Shown here: in pieces, positions 34,701-49,700 of the stretch
Layout of the letters: every line of letters begins with the position of its first letter
How positions within the stretch are numbered: the stretch's first letter is position 1
From: Lama guanicoe
Lineage: Eukaryota
Direction of reading: 5' to 3'
Assembly: GCA_013239625.1 (NCBI GenBank)
Contig: MU053216.1
Span: 248,001 to 312,000, forward strand
DNA length: 64,000 bases
Position numbers and translations under genes: made by a program
The notes under the pieces: generated by a model
Database searches by the model: none
The model's input: the letters and a program-made list of their open reading frames with translations, nothing else
Told to the model about the DNA's origin: nothing

Positions 34701-37700
34701 GACACCCCGCCGGCTGGGCCTGCTCCTGGCAAAGGGCCGGAGTGCAGATGGCCACTCACTCAGACGGCGCAGCCAGTCTGACCGCGAGTTGCGCCGGGCT
34801 CGCAGAGCACCACTGACCCGCTTAGGGAAAGCCCCATGAAAGCCCTTAACTTGATGCTACTGGGAGCTCAGGAAGGCGCATAATTAAAACCGAACTCTTG
34901 TGACCAAGTCTGAAATCAAGCCGTGGCTCCGGAGAGCTGGGCCCACCGAGGGCCGGAGCGCATCACGGGTCAGCGCTGACGGAACCAGCTCCAAGGGCTC
35001 CCTGGGCTCAGGTTGCGACCGCAGTGACGGGAACGGCCCCGGCTTACTGCCCCGAAGAGGCCGAGCGGAGGGAGCGTCCCGTCTTGTTCTCCACACCCCA
35101 GCCTCGCCCTCCCGCCCCGGAAGGGGCTGGGGTCGTGGCCCTGGAAGACCTGCAGGGACTGGAAAGCACTTCTGAGTCTAAGAACCACCCCCTTGGGGCA
35201 TCTCAGAGACACGGCTGCTGGGCCTTCTACCTCTGAGGAGGAGCACCTGCCGCGGCTCTGACGGCGGGGGTCTCGGGGGACGGAAGGCACCTTCTGAGGC
35301 TGCACTTCCAGGAACATGTCGGGGGTCCTGAATGATCTGGATGTGCACATGGGGAGTGTGGAATAAACTAAAGGTTGACACAAAGATGTGGCCAAGGGAC
35401 AGTGACGACGAGGCCTGGGCCAGCACCCCCATCTGAAAAGGCAGCACCCCCTTAAGAGCACCAGGTCCTCCCTAGACACCCTCCACTCTCTAGACACCCC
35501 TGCCCCCCACACCCGCTGCCCCTTCGGTCGTCGGCCCAGCAAGCTCTCGGCTCTCAGGGCTGCCTGGTTACATCAGGCCCAGCGGGAAGCATCGCACTGC
35601 GTTTACACACCCTGGGGGTCGGGCCAGAACTCCGTGGGGGAGCAGGTCGGGAATTCTTGCCAGCACGAGGGTCCCCTCAAAACCACGGTCTAGTTTATCC
35701 ACAAACCCCTCAAAGTAAGAGACACCCACGGCACACGGCCAGGCAGCTGCGGCCAAGTGGGTACTAGGCTGAGTCAGAGCAACGCTGAGGGCGCGGCCCC
35801 TGCTGGGGAGTGAGCGTCCGCTGGGCAACGGCCAGAGGGCCCCTCCAGGCCCAGTGAAAGTAGTGAACCACATCCAACTTCATCTTATCTCACTCCTCAG
35901 TGTGTCTCTACCAAGAACTCAGCACACGTGGAACAAAAACAGGAAAGGTCAAGAGACACAGCACGTAACTTGGGTTACACTGTAAACACCCCCAGAACCT
36001 CACTGCCAGCTGGTGGCCTGGCGGGGCAGGTGCGAACGGACACAGCAACGCCACTGCGCCTGCTCCGGTCCATCTCACTCCACCTCACACGGCAGGGGAC
36101 CCATGCTTCTCTGCGTCCACGGACCGTGCCGCCTGGACGTCCCTGGGAGCACACCCCCCGTCCTCCGTGCGGTCCGCGCCTCCTCGTGGGTTTTCCAGCT
36201 CCTGAGGAGCGTCTGTGTCTTTTGAAACTCACACAACACATACTTACTGCAGAAGGAAAGACACAAATACACTAGGGCTTCCCTACAACGTCCAAGGCAA
36301 GCCCACAAAGCCACGTGCGGACTTGGTCCCGAGCCCGGCGACAGAACCAAGGAGACCGCACTGCCCCACACGTGGGCACCGGCACGGGGCCGCGCTTCCC
36401 GCGTGTCCTGCCTGCTCTCACATTCCCACAGCTCAGCATTTAGGTCCACACGGTGTGCAGGCCCCATGAAGTAAACTCACGCAGATGATTCAGAACACAG
36501 GCTCAGAGCGCGTGGCAAAAGCGGCCTGACTGCTGGCCCTGAGGGCCATGCACACAGGGAAGCAGCCACCAGCCCCGCACCGACCAGCCCTCCCAGGCAG
36601 TCACTGACCACCGGTACACCTCTTCTGCGCCGAGCTCCCAGGTCCGCAGCCTGCAAAGAGGTGGGTTTTTTTTTTTTTTACATGGTAAACATCACTGTCC
36701 AGCAGCCAACTTGGGTAGCAATTATTTTAATTTTATTAGCAATAGGTTATGAATCAAAACCCTTGCAAAGGGGTTCGTGGGGCTCCCTGGACCTCACATC
36801 TCAAGAGCAAGTAAATGCTCAGAACTAACAGAGGAAAACTTTTACCTCTAAGTAGGTTCCACACAAAGTTAGGGACTTGTTCTGTTCTCATTCTTTCCTC
36901 TTTCTGCTGCTAAAGAAACCCCAATGCTGACGCACGTCCTTCCCAGCCCCCAACATGTCACTGACTGCAGCCACCAGCAGCCTGCGAGGCCCGCAGAAGG
37001 CGGCACGGCCGCCCCTCCCACGCCCCAGGCAGGAGCAGAGGGCAGAGCCGGGCCACGGCATCCCCAGCGTGCCCACTCTGTGAGGGGTCTCAGGGGGCAG
37101 AGGGGACACTGCCGCCAGGTCTCAAAGAGCCCCGCCTCAGGGAGGAAGATGCAGAGTGACGAGCCGAGTGTGACCACATGCAGACGGTCCGGACACTCAG
37201 TCTGCGCAAGGGGCGACCAGGAGAGAGACCAGCGCCGACAGAAGGTCCTGATTCGGCTTCCTGGAGGCGTGACCCACGGCGGCACCAGCCTGAAATGGGG
37301 GTCAAGAAGACCTGCCCCGGGTGACCACGAGACCCTGGCTCGAGGTCGAGTCTTCAGACGCGGGATCTTTGGGTCTAGGGGTTAAATTTTGCCCCTAGAG
37401 CAAAACAGGTGTTTTAAAAGCGTAGCTCTTTGGGAGAGGGGACACATGTGCAGAATGCTTGGTTTTGGGGGTGAGAAGGGTCCCTCAGTTAGAAACACCT
37501 CAGAAATTCAGGCTATTCTAATTCAGGACTTTGACAGGTTCTGAGTTCAAGCGCACCTTCGTACCATCTGCTTGAAATTATTTTACAAGTAAATTACCAG
37601 CAGAAAAAAGATAAGAGAAAGGCCTTACTTAAAGCACCTGTGTTTGACCACCGACAGACGGCTTCAGAGTACTGCTTCTGCCCAAGGCACTCACCGAAAG

Positions 37701-40700
37701 CAGTCTTAGACCACGGCCTTTAAGGCTACAGCACACCTTCTCTCCTGAGCAAGTTTTAACACAGGTGATTAAAAATAACAAAAAATACACCTATTTTAAA
37801 GTGATGCGAAATTCCAACTTTAACTTGACTCACTTCTTCCTAAACTACTCTGAGGTTTTTCCTCCTTTCTCGAAACAGGTTTCATTATCACCATCTCTCT
37901 TCAAGTAGACTCAACGGCCAGGGATATTAGCAACGATCTGGGAGCTGCTTAACGAGACAGCAGTCACCCTGCACTGGCTCCACAGCTCACTGCTGGCCCC
38001 GCACCTGCTTGTTATGTGATCACAGGGAAGGCCTGGCTTCCCCCTGCTTCAGTGTCCTCCGTAAACTGGGTGTGCAAGGCTCTCAGAAGCCCTGAGTGGG
38101 ACCGCAGGTGCAGGGCCTTGCCCAGCACACACCACACAAGCTCCGGTCTCTGTCCCCTTGGCCAGGCTGGGGCTTGCCGTCTACCGGGGGAGCGAAACGA
38201 GCAAACGCTCACACTCATGTAAAGGGTTTTGATTATTTATAGGTCGGATTACCCAGGCTAATTCCTACTCACCCTGTGTAACCTACAGACATGTGAGGCT
38301 GTTATTTTACTGAACAGCCATGTCTCTCCCAGATAACCAACTGCATGTGGCTGATTTCAGACCCACAGACGGGACAGAAACAGGCAGGGGTCAGAGTCCA
38401 GATGCGTTTCCAGTGTCTTCACCTCACCATCCTCTTGGTGGGACCCTGCTGCTCTGTGTCACCAAGGCAGGCGGCTGGGCTCTGGGCTGTGATGGGAACA
38501 GAGCCCAGTGTGGACTAGCCACCGCCCAGCGTGCAGCACAGACCAGAAAGAGGAACAGAGCTCCGACTGTGACCTCAACCCCCTGACTGCGACCCACGCA
38601 CCGTGAGACTGAGCGGAAGGGAGAATCAAAGCTGAGTAAGCTGGGAGCCTTGCCACAAGTGGAACCGCAGCCCCGCTGGCAGCACTGGCAATGCGCTGAA
38701 AACCCCCAGCCCAGATGCCCCTGAGCCGACCCGACGTCTCCGGACTCTCTGGGACGCATCCCTGTAACCCAAAGGTCACCACAGCACCCGCAGGCAGACA
38801 GCAAGGGGCATGGCCCTCGTCTTCTCGCACACGGGTCTGGTGTCACCGCGGAGGAAAAGGCTGGGAGAGTCAGGCCCCGCCATCTGCTTGCTGTTACCTC
38901 CTGACACCTGCTCCCTAGACGAGCCTGGCACCCCATGGCTTTAGTCATAAACACAGGTGTGCTCAGCTCCCACCTTTCTCCCCGGCTTCAGACCAGCTAC
39001 TTTCTGGGTGCCACTATCTGAACATTCCCAAGCACCTCGGCGTCAGCTCACCCCCAGTGAGGCCACCGCCTCACGCACACCCCCGCCCTCCACGTCCGCC
39101 CGAAGATGCCAACTGCCACCTTCTGCCAATCACCTAGACTTGGGACCCACTGTCACCGCTGACTCTGCCCCCCTCCGCCCCCAGCAGCCCTTTCCACTGC
39201 TCCAAGTCTTGCCAGCTCTTCTTCTAAGCAGCAGGATGCTGTCTGCCTGCTGGAGAACACCCCTGTTCAGGCCCTGTCACTTCCCACCAGAGGCCCGACC
39301 TTCCACCCCCAGCCACCACGATCCACACGGCCCAGGAGATTCTCTTGTGAGCAGCTCTGGTCACAGCGCCTTGACTCCAACCTTCCAGCCCTGCACCTAC
39401 GGGGCAACTCTGCAGAGCCTAGAGGGACGCCCCGTGGCCTGGCCCGTGCCTCCGCCTCTACGTCCTGCCTCACGCCAAAAGGGCCCTCTGCCCACGCTGG
39501 TCTGCAGCTCTCCACGTGGGGCACACGTGCTCACGCTTTCCTCCTTTGTTGTGCACGGCTCACGCCCACCCCACTGTGCTTTCCACTAGCTGAGCACCTC
39601 CCACTCAGCTCACCTCCCACAACAAAGCACCTTTATTAGGCGGTTTACCTCCCTTCACCATAATCCTTGATTTTCTTTTTTATTTCCCCAATGAGACTAT
39701 CAGTCGTTGCAGGCAGGGACTGTGTCCTTCCTGGGACACTAATTGTGGGCGGGTAGGTGGCTTTGATAAACCACTCACGGTGGGACCAGTGTCCCTGGTC
39801 AGCAGACGCGTCTCTTCCACGGCTCAGCCGGTCCGGAATCTTCCAGGACGCGTGTAACGCGCCCAGGGCTGCTTTCCTGCTGCAGGTTCGACCACTCCAG
39901 CTTCTGAGGAAGATTCTTTGGGCTGAAGAGTTACTGCTTGCTGGCTTTTCTTGAGTGGAATTGGAAAACAAAACCAAACCCAATACACTGGTGGTTTAAT
40001 TAGAGGGAAAAATGGTTAACAGATTGCACCCTTAATCAGCATCATTCACCCAGACCAACGTTTCTCACCGTGACGAGGGATTAGAAAGTGCAGTGAAACA
40101 CGGACTCCAGCTTGGCAGTGCCCGGATGCAGGAGGAGAGGCGCGGAGGAGGAAACAACGCACGGAAGGGCTGCGTGGTGCTGGCCACGGGCGCGCACCCA
40201 GGCTGCGCAGGGCAGTGTCCCCGACACCCGGGCACCCGGGGCCTGGGGGCGGGCGCTGCCCACAGTCCCCCCGAGGGCAGCCCCCGCCCCGCTGCTCACC
40301 AGAGGCGCTCTCCTCAGCTCAGAGCTGGTCACCCGGCTGGGCCGGCTGATCAGCTGTTCCCCTATGACGTAGCGGCCGGGGTGAGGAGCGCTACGTAAGG
40401 CCTGCACTTTGTGCGGAGTCGGCTGGAAGGAGCAGCAATCCAGGCTAAGCGGGAACAGCGCTACTGCTCTGGGTTTACAGACGCAGGTCAAATCCTACCG
40501 TCACAAACACCAACCGATCCAGCGAAAATCTGTCCAATTAAAAGGTTCCCAGGCTTCAGCTGACGGCCCACTTACTTCAGGACCATCTAGCACAGCAAAT
40601 GCCGGCGAAGCACCACAAGGTGGACACTGCCAAGTACGTTATCATCTCTGGATGAGCCCCACACTGAAGAGCAAGTAACCATGCGAGAACACTGACCGGA

Positions 40701-43700
40701 GATTGCCTGGTTGTTGCTTTCAAGGTGATTTAAAAATACTGAAGTATCTAAACTGGCTGGTTTTTAAGTTAATAAAATTTATAAACTTGAGACCCAGCAG
40801 CGTACACAATGATTAAGAAGCAAGAAAGGGCTGGAGGTGTCTGATGTATCTGCAGTTCAGAATTACTGCTTTTTCAGTTGGAAAATCTACATCGAAAGGA
40901 AGCTCTGGTACTAACTGTGTGGACGTGGGACCTCGTGTGGTTGCTTCGCAGGGAGACGGGGCTGAGCTCTAAAATCTCAGGAGTAAACACCCGGCGGGGC
41001 CCACCGGCCTTGAGCGTGGACCCCAAGTTGCTCTGCTTCCCTGGGTACGAACTCAGAGGTGAACAGAGCTGTCTGCCGCTCAGGGAGAAAAGAGAGATGC
41101 CCAACTAGTGTGAACCTAGTGTGAAAGCCAAAAGGATTGTTTAAAAAGAATTACTTCACTATTCAGCGTCAAAAGAGACCAGCTCTCGTGGGGCAAGGGT
41201 GGGGTGCCGAGAGGAGGGCGGTGGGTGCTTTCCTCACGGAGTTTTAGCAGACGTGTTAGTAGCAGAGACTTGTGTCCAGAGAATGGAAAGTGTTACTTTT
41301 AAAATACAAACTAGAGGAAGTAAACAAACCCTTGGCTGCTGAGGACACGCACCATCTTCCGCATGGAAGTGCTCTTCCTTTGGGAGGACGGCAGTTGCAC
41401 AATCCCTGGGCAAACCCTGGATTCTTATGTTACTCAGAAAGGGTCACAGTTTTACCGAGGACAGACATACTGAGTTACATAACACTGGAAGCATCAGATG
41501 CTCCTGGGAGCTCAAAAGCAGGGTAAGATAGTTTCAGTTTCTAGCTACTGAAAAATCCCCCTACACTTCCTTCCTCAAGTTAAAACTGACACGAATGCAC
41601 CGCGGTTCACAGGCCTCCTGAACGTCTGACCAGGAGGAAGGTGTCCAGAACGTTCCCCCCACGTGAATGTTACTTTAAAACTCCCTTGGAGGACGTTCTC
41701 CTTATATGGAAGCGTTGGGTACTTGGCCCTTCTACCAACGCCCAGGAGAATCACAAGCTGCGTCCCCCGGCCGGAGCTTCTGGTGCTCTGACGCGGAGAA
41801 CGCGGTGTGGCGGCCGTGCTCTGGGTCCCAGTGCGGAGGACGGCTGTGCAGGGGTCACACACGTCCGGGTGGGGAGAGGAGAGCTGCTCCCACAGCCGGT
41901 GCCCAGCGCCTTTGCTGAGGGAGGTGCAGGTGTCCCTGCCTCTCCAGGCTCCGAGGTCCAGGCGTGTGGGGTTCGGGGGGAGCCAGGCTGCAGACCCAGC
42001 CTCCCTCCCCGCAACTGCAAGTCCCCACGTCCCGACCTGAGATTTTGAGCCACCTAAGCTCTTAACTGTCACTTTGAGCCCAGCATGTCCTCAGCGTGCA
42101 GAGGTACTCGGGTGTGCTCCCGTGTAGCCGGCGGGTGTGGACAGACCAGCTCTGCCCTCACGGCTGAGCTGGAGAGTGAGCACTTCTCTGCATCCCTGTT
42201 CCCTCCCTCGCGGCCCGGGGATGGCGGTGCTGCACTGGACACAGTGCCCGTGCTGTTGTGTGCGTCAGGCTGTTCAGAACACGGCCCGCTGATGCCTTGC
42301 AACAGGGGAGGCACTGACCCCCACCCGCCTTTAAGCAGCATCAGAGGCAGCACAGTGTGGCCAGACCACGCTTGCAGCCCGAGGGCACGCCAGTGCCAAC
42401 AGCCCCCCGGCGAGCTGTGTGTGTCTGTCACTCTGACACCCACTGGATCCCGAGAACATGAGGCCTAACCCCTTGGGCACAGACTCAGGCTGTCTGGACG
42501 CTGATGGCCACTGACAGCACTGTGGCGGGAGCCTGCACCACTGACACTGGGGCCAGGAAGCCATCTCTCCTTCAAGCCTTCCGTGTTTTGGCTCCCATAA
42601 TCCAAGTTCTCAAGCTCTCTCCCACGGCAGCCTCTGTCTAAGGTCAGGGGCTGGGGTGGTGGAAGGAGGGTGGGTGGCAGCTATGAGGACTGAGGTGAGA
42701 GGCAGGAGCCCCTCTACAAAAGGCGCAGGCCCAACAGGAAGAGAAAAGGGTGTCTCGCGCTGACCGGAGCCATGCTATGCTGGGAAAGGCTCCTCACACC
42801 AAAAGGTGCCATGGGTCTGACGGGAAATGCTGGCCCCGCCTGGGCCCGGGCCCGGGCCCGACAGCACCACACGTACCAGCAGCCGCAGGGAGGCTCACGG
42901 CTCTGCAGGGAAGGGCGGCACCAGGCCACGTGCTGTAGAAACAAACGCCTGTGCTCGGCGGTGGTGACGCTCCCAGGGCCTCTCCTGGCCTCGCACAGAA
43001 GGCGGATGAACAGCCGCTTTATAGAAAGACCTCCTATATTCTGGGGAGCAAACACCTCTGGCTGAGGCCCCAGGCCAACACTCCACACACCAAATGGACC
43101 CCACGGTCATTTGCACACGGGGGACGGACACACAAGGACTCAACAGAGCACAGCACGCCGTTTTGGTTTCCCCTCCTAATAAGGGACCGTGACCTGCCTC
43201 TTCCCGCACACGAGCAGACACCCGGCCACTCGCCTGCTCCAGCACGCCGCGGGCGGGTTACCGGCCTCCCTCCCATGGAGGAACTCGGCGTAGCCACTCG
43301 CAGTCAGCAGAGAAAGCAGGGAGAAGCCTCCAGTAGACCTGCCTGGGACGGGAGCGCCTCCCCAGCGCTGCCAGCAGCCAGGAGCTGTCGTCTCTTCGGC
43401 TTCTTCAACACGGAACTTCCCCTGGGCCCTGAGGAGCAGGACCCACGTCCGGGACTCCTGCCCATTTCGCTCTCTCTCCCTCGCTCACCCTCAGACACGG
43501 TCAGGGCACACGCAGACCGCGCACAGCACTGGAGTTAGTGACAGCCTCCCAGCCACTGGGAGACTCCTCTCCTAAAACCTGGTTCTGACCCACGAGCACA
43601 GGAAAGGGAGCAGCTAAGAAGCCCCAGAGACCAAGAGAAGCCGGGAAGACCCCAACGAGGGCGCCGGGCTCACTGCGAGCAGCTGACAAGTGAGGGCCGC

Positions 43701-46700
43701 AGGGCAGAGGCTGCGTCCGAAGGCCAGGCGCCTCGACCCGAGCCCCACAGCGCGCCCACGGCCCTGCCCGGCCCCCCAGGCGCCTCGACCCGAGCCCCAC
43801 AGCGCGCCCATGGCCCTGCCCGGCCCCCAGGCTCCCACACCCCCACCTGACCTGACCCTGCACAAACGCGAGCTGCTTACTCGGAGAGTCCTGGCGGTTG
43901 GGGAGGGAGGTGCGGGGGGCAAGTCTGGCTGCGACTTCCTGCTCCGAGGGAGCTCCTTGCTTCGGGTGTACAGAGAGGACATGGCTCCCCGGAGGCAGAC
44001 AGGCGTGGCCCTGGAGATCGTTTCACAGAACTGCGCCTCTGAGCTGCGGCAGGACGGCTCTGGACGCGGCTGAGGAAGGACCCAGCCCCGTGAACGGCAG
44101 CCCAGTCGCTGGCGTTGGAGGTGCTGGGTTCGGGGCTGCTGGGCCACCCGCGGGGCTTCTCCCAAGAGGGCACCTCCTACCGAGACCTGCTCCCTGAGAG
44201 AACCCGAGTCTAGGTTCCCGAGACACCAGACCACGTCCCAGGGGACGAGCCTGAGAGCAGCTCCCGTGTCTTTGTCCAGGAGAAAGAGACACACAGCCAC
44301 CTCTGAGCTGGACTCCTGGGCTGGACGCGCTTGGAGCTGCCCCTGTGACCAACTGCTGTGATACGTTCAGGCTAAACAGCGTGCAAAACAAAACCTAAAA
44401 GCTACAAATAAGGAACCAAGAGCGGAGGAGAGAGAAGGAGCTCGAGGAAGTGCACCCCGTCCCCCGGACCCGGCTGCTCTCACACACAAGCACGCACAGG
44501 CACACGCCCCCCGCCCCTTTCTGACATTCCAAATCCTATTTGCTCAGCGAGGAATGCTGGACAGCCGCCAAGGGCAGAGATTCACTTTCCACTCAGAGTC
44601 TGAGTTGGGGCTGCCACTTGCAGGCGGAGAAGATGGCCTGCCTGCTTGTGGAGACAAAGTGGCCTCCAGGGACAAAGCCCACCAGCCCGCAGTGCCCAAC
44701 GCCTCAGCTGGCTTCTCAGGGCACTTCTCCAATCGTGAGAACAGGGTTTTCGGAGGTTTTCAACGTCTGGAGCCCTTACGTCCCAAAGCCCAGACAGACA
44801 CATCAGTCAAGCACCTTCAGGGCTCTGACGTCTGGATTCCCGCTCATGGTGGAGCCCCTGCCAGAGAGGAGGAGGCTCCCCGAACCCGAGCCCGGCGCAG
44901 CTCTGGGTGCGCAGCTTGGCAGAGGTTTACAAAAGGCCAGGTCAGGGGTCAGGATTGGGGGAGAGAAGGGTCAGAAATGAGGGAGAAACAGAGGCCGTGC
45001 ACAGGGGAGCCACCGGCTGGGGGAATGGTCACCCACAGGGAAATCCAGAGTTAAAAAGACAGGAATTGATCTGCTTGGTGTTGGAGGAGCCTGGATTTGG
45101 CCTTGAAACGTCTTGAGTTTAGCGCTCTGCACTGGGCATGGCCGCCCGCCCAGATCTCTGGTCTGAGGCTCTGAGCCGATGGGCTGACCACGTCACTGGG
45201 CTCGTGGGAGCTTCCCGCCCTCCTTCCCCATGGGTGTCGGTGTCTCTGCCTGTAAGTCCTCCCAGCATACTTTCCCTCTAGTCGTCCTGACGTCTTCTTT
45301 GTTCTTATGACCAATATTATGAAACTAAATCCAGGGAAACGATCGGCTATTCGGGGGCTGGTTTGAAGAACACAGGTTGAAAAAGTTTATAAAGGGTCCT
45401 GATCCACCCGGATGTGAGACACTTCCTAGGCAGCTGACCAGCTCCACCACAAACCACGGTCACACCGTGTCCAAGAGGCCGACCACCTCAGCCACCGCCC
45501 TGCTCTGCTCCTGGGAGGGCCGTGCGGCGGTCCCACCGCTGGCAGGCAGGTGAGGACGGGGCTGGGGGCTGCCCCCACTTCCTGAGTCTACTTCTCGGCA
45601 GCACCGACACTAGCAAACTCCTGTAGGCTCCGGGTGTTTCCACAAGCGCTGTCTCAAAGGCTGAGTGAGCGCTTCCACCTCGCAGACAAGGAACAAGCCC
45701 CGGGGGCCAGATGCCATGTCTGAGACCCACAGCCAGCGGGAGGGAGTGCAACACAAGGGCCAGAGAAGTGAGCTCTGAGTGACGGGGGAGGGCCTCAAAG
45801 GGCCTGGAAAGACCCACCAGTGCAGACCCTCCAGGAAGGTGTGAGACACCCACAAGAACACGTCGGAAACAGAGGGTCAGAGACAAATTCTCCAGGAAGT
45901 TAAATCCCGGCTCCTTCTTTTGCTCACGATTCTTCTGTTACTTAGCTCTTCTCCCACTTCTCCTCTCTTACTCAGAAGAGGACGCCCCTGAGAACATGGG
46001 CTCTGTCTTACCCTGGTGAAGACAGAGGTGACCGGGCCCGTGCCCGTGGGTGCACCGAGCTCCGGTCCTACGGCAGCCACGCGCTGCCAGGACCCCCGCG
46101 CCGGAGACTGAGACAACCCACATCTTCCTTCCGGCCTGACTTCCCAACCCGGGCACACCACGCTCACAACTCAGACGACCGGCGTGGAGGAGCGTCGGGG
46201 GACAGGCAGGAAGAGCGACCTGCTCCTTTGCTTTCCCAGCTGAGCGTCCAGACCCTCTTTCCCAAGTTAAGGTTAGTAACCAAAGAGTCCACAGAGGACC
46301 TCTCAGCCCCAGACCTCCACAGGGTGAGCTACGCAAACAGCCACCTGCTTGGAAAATAATTTACTTCAGACAGGATTCATGTTTTACTTCTCGGCAAGAC
46401 AGAGAAAAAGAGTTTATAAACTTCAGGTTACTTGTTATAACTAAACAGAGAACCCCAGGTAGTCAGTGTAACAGACTCTCCAGCAAACTAAGAACCGCTG
46501 TGTGCAGGAACCACCGTGTTGACCTGCCCCTGGGATGAAGTGCATCACCCGTGCCAGGAGCAAGCCGGTCGGTCCTGTGTGACCCCAGCTGCAGGCCTTC
46601 CTGACTCAGCTCTCCCGGGGTCGCCCTCCAGGGCAGACTTCTTAGCAGAGGAAGCTAACAAGCAACTTGAGTAATTTCTAGTTCCTCCTCCTCTATTTTA

Positions 46701-49700
46701 AACCAGGAAAATTAAACGTTATGGCCTAAGAGTGATCTGTTTGGTAAAGTGTCCCCCGTGAGGACTCCCAGAGCAGCCAGGCCAACACACGCTGCACACA
46801 GAGGAGGCCGGGTGGCCGGGCTGGAACCCTGCCGGCCTCGCTGACCGGTCAGGCTCTCCTCCCTGAGTCTCGCCTCAGCGGCGGGGAGGAGATGCCACCC
46901 CGCAGTCCCACTGTGTGTGTGTTCAAGGCTAGTTCATCTCCCATGCTGGGCGCGAGGCACGCGTCCCGGGCAGCTGCCTCCACTGAAGCGCTGGGCACAC
47001 AGCTGCATCAGAGCAGAGAGCCGGGACTGTGGTGACGCAAACCTGGTCAGGGACACGGCTCCTGGACGATGCCAAGGTCTCCATCCCAGATGCCGAGGGG
47101 AGAACCCGGCTTGCCCCGCCCTCCGGTCCTCCTCTTGTCTGAGAAGAGGGCACGGCCACGAGCAGTGGCGGCTCGTCTCACTGGGGCGGGAGGCAGGCAG
47201 GGAAAGTGGGCCAAAAACTGAAGACGTAGGAGTGAATGTGAGTGTGAATGCGCCAGGACATGCACGGGGGGGGGGGCCTGGGAGGAGCACCACCGGGAGA
47301 ACAGCCCCACGTCAGGGGCCCCCACTCAGGCAACCAGACGCCCTGAAGGGGCCCCGCGAGTCCTGTGTGGTCTGCGGCCTGCGTGGAGATGCCCTGAAGG
47401 TCGCCGAGGGCTTTCACTAGAGGGACCAGCACAGCCCTACTGTCACCTCAGGAAAGGCGCACCTGGAATTCCAACTCCTCTGTCCCTAAATTCCCAGGAA
47501 AGCGACAGCTCCAGATGCGCAGCGTCATCACCACGGGAAGCGGGGGCTGTGGTGCCTCGCTCTTCAGTCTGTGTGCACGCCGCCCAAACGCGCCGTAACC
47601 ACGACGTCCAGAGACGCATTCCGGCTGCTCTGCTTGCTGCATGCACCACCTGACAGACGACCAGCCTGGAGAAGGGGTCCCGATGCTCACGTGCTTAAAA
47701 CAAACATGCCTAACACCTGCACCTAGTGAAGACTGAGGAGGCAAAGACGGGAGAGTTTATGAGGAAGGAGAGAACGCAGAGGCAGGGGGAGCAACAGATG
47801 GTGCACAGCCAAACTGGTTCTCCTCATTTCTGAGGGCAGAGCACACACCTGCAGACGTGCACACACACCTACAGAACTGTGCGCCAAGTAGCACGACTGC
47901 CGAGAACAACCCTCACAGTCCTGTCAGACTGTGAAACCAGAAGGCTTTGTTTTCTTATGCTACATACAAGCTCTTGGAACTGGCTGCTTTCAAAAGTAGA
48001 AAGGTCTGTGAGCGCCTTCTCAGCTCAAGGGTCCCCATCGGCACCTCTCAAGCTCTTCCGGAGCAGAAAACAACATTGACTGCAGAACAAAACTCGGGAA
48101 TGCTTCCGGCTAAGAGGACCGGGAAAGGGCCTCCCCATCAGCCCTCGTGAGGGCCGGAGTGGAGCCGGGGCTGCGAGACGGCCGAGCTAGCGAACAATCG
48201 CTCTGTGACTTCAGCCGGAGCGCAAGACATGGGATCCTCTGAGGGCCCGGACCTGAACCGCAACCCCCTCGCAGTCTGCTTTGGGGCATGCCGCAGGTCC
48301 CGCACCACTGCCCGTCTCCTCAGACACAGCAGGGTGGGGACATGCCTTTTGGAAGGTGAGCCTGGCTTCCAACCACAAGGTCCTCAAGACCCCAGGGGCA
48401 CTGCTGAAGTCTGGTGCACGCTACCAGTTTTTCAGGAATTCTGTGGCTGCTTCCCACATATTAATGTTTTTTGGCAGCTTCGTTAATAAATTTGAGCAGC
48501 CACAATACCTGGTGTTTTAGTTCACAGACCCAGCTTCAAAGGCGGTCCCACAACACGGCTTGAATTGGAAGGCATGGGGCACCCAGACGGCTGCGTGTGT
48601 GGACAGAGGTGCGGGCGGCGTCCACGTGAGGCTCCACATGGCAGAAATGGCGACGGTCGAGGAGGGGTTGCCCTCGTGCAAAAGCCTTCACTTCACGTCC
48701 GATCCCGTGCAGTCTGAGAGTCTGTGCTGCCACGGCACAGAAACGATCATGCGAGCAACGGGCTCAGTAGAGAGTCCGGAAGACAAAGAAGGGCAGGAAA
48801 GTGCTGTCCGCACGCCGCCCCTCGTCTCCACCCCCCCAGCAGAGCCAGAGCCGAGACTGGGCTCAGCGGTGACGGTGCCATCCACCCAGGACGTCGCTCG
48901 ACCCTGGATCCCATGCTGCCAGCTCTTCAGAGGAAACAGCCCCGAGTGGCCGGCGGCCCAGGAGAGTCGAAGCCAGTGGTGACTGCAGCCTCTGCTGCTG
49001 GGGTCCAGTTACTGAACTGCCGCCAGAAGGCTGGACCTCCAGGAGGTCTCGAATGAGGGGACCATTCAGACCGCCACACGGATGGTGCCGCCCACAGCAG
49101 GTGCACTAGCGTTTCCCGAATGACTTGCATTCACGGAGCTTCACGCAGAACACACCTGGTGACGGCATTTCTGTAGGGAAGCCTTTTCCCCTCTTTTTTA
49201 TATTTAGGACTGTTTCCTAGAGATAGACTTCCAAAAAGGCCAACTTAAGGCTTTTGATGGTTGACCCATTTCACTGTCCTCTCAGCTAAACTGGCCACAA
49301 TCTTCCCAAATCTGTCTGCTTTGGGTGGTGAAAAAAATCCTATTTCATTATTGTCATTTACAGCTTTGAATACCAGTGAGGCGACGTACCCCTCCTTCTA
49401 TCTGTCAACTACTCCATTTTAAAATAGGTTCCTAATAATCCTTACTACCTAAATCAAATTTATCCCTTTAAGCTCAGGTTGCAGTTAAAAGCCCCAACAT
49501 TTTTAGAAAGTAAGTTCTGGAAGACACCTTCTTGAAGGAGCTACCCTAGATGCCCAGCAGGGAGCGGCGTGTCCGCTGCGATGTGCTGTCACTGAGGGTG
49601 GAGCTGGGGTCACCACTCCCAGTTTCCGCTCCTTCCTCAGCCCCACCGGCTGCACGACTGCGCTGTCTGCGCTGGTCTTCTGGGGTGATGCTGAGACTGA

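Noticed and set aside
32400-35350. Repeat-poor 3 kb stretch with chained minus-strand ORFs, considered as a decayed giant cassette exon of PPP1R12B
   Set aside because: No continuous frame, no recognisable homology and no convincing splice-site pair. It would need TBLASTN with non-mammalian MYPT2 long isoforms to revive.
30793-43832. Short direct repeats considered as a CRISPR-like array
   Set aside because: Head-to-tail tandem repeats without unique spacers, in a mammalian intron.
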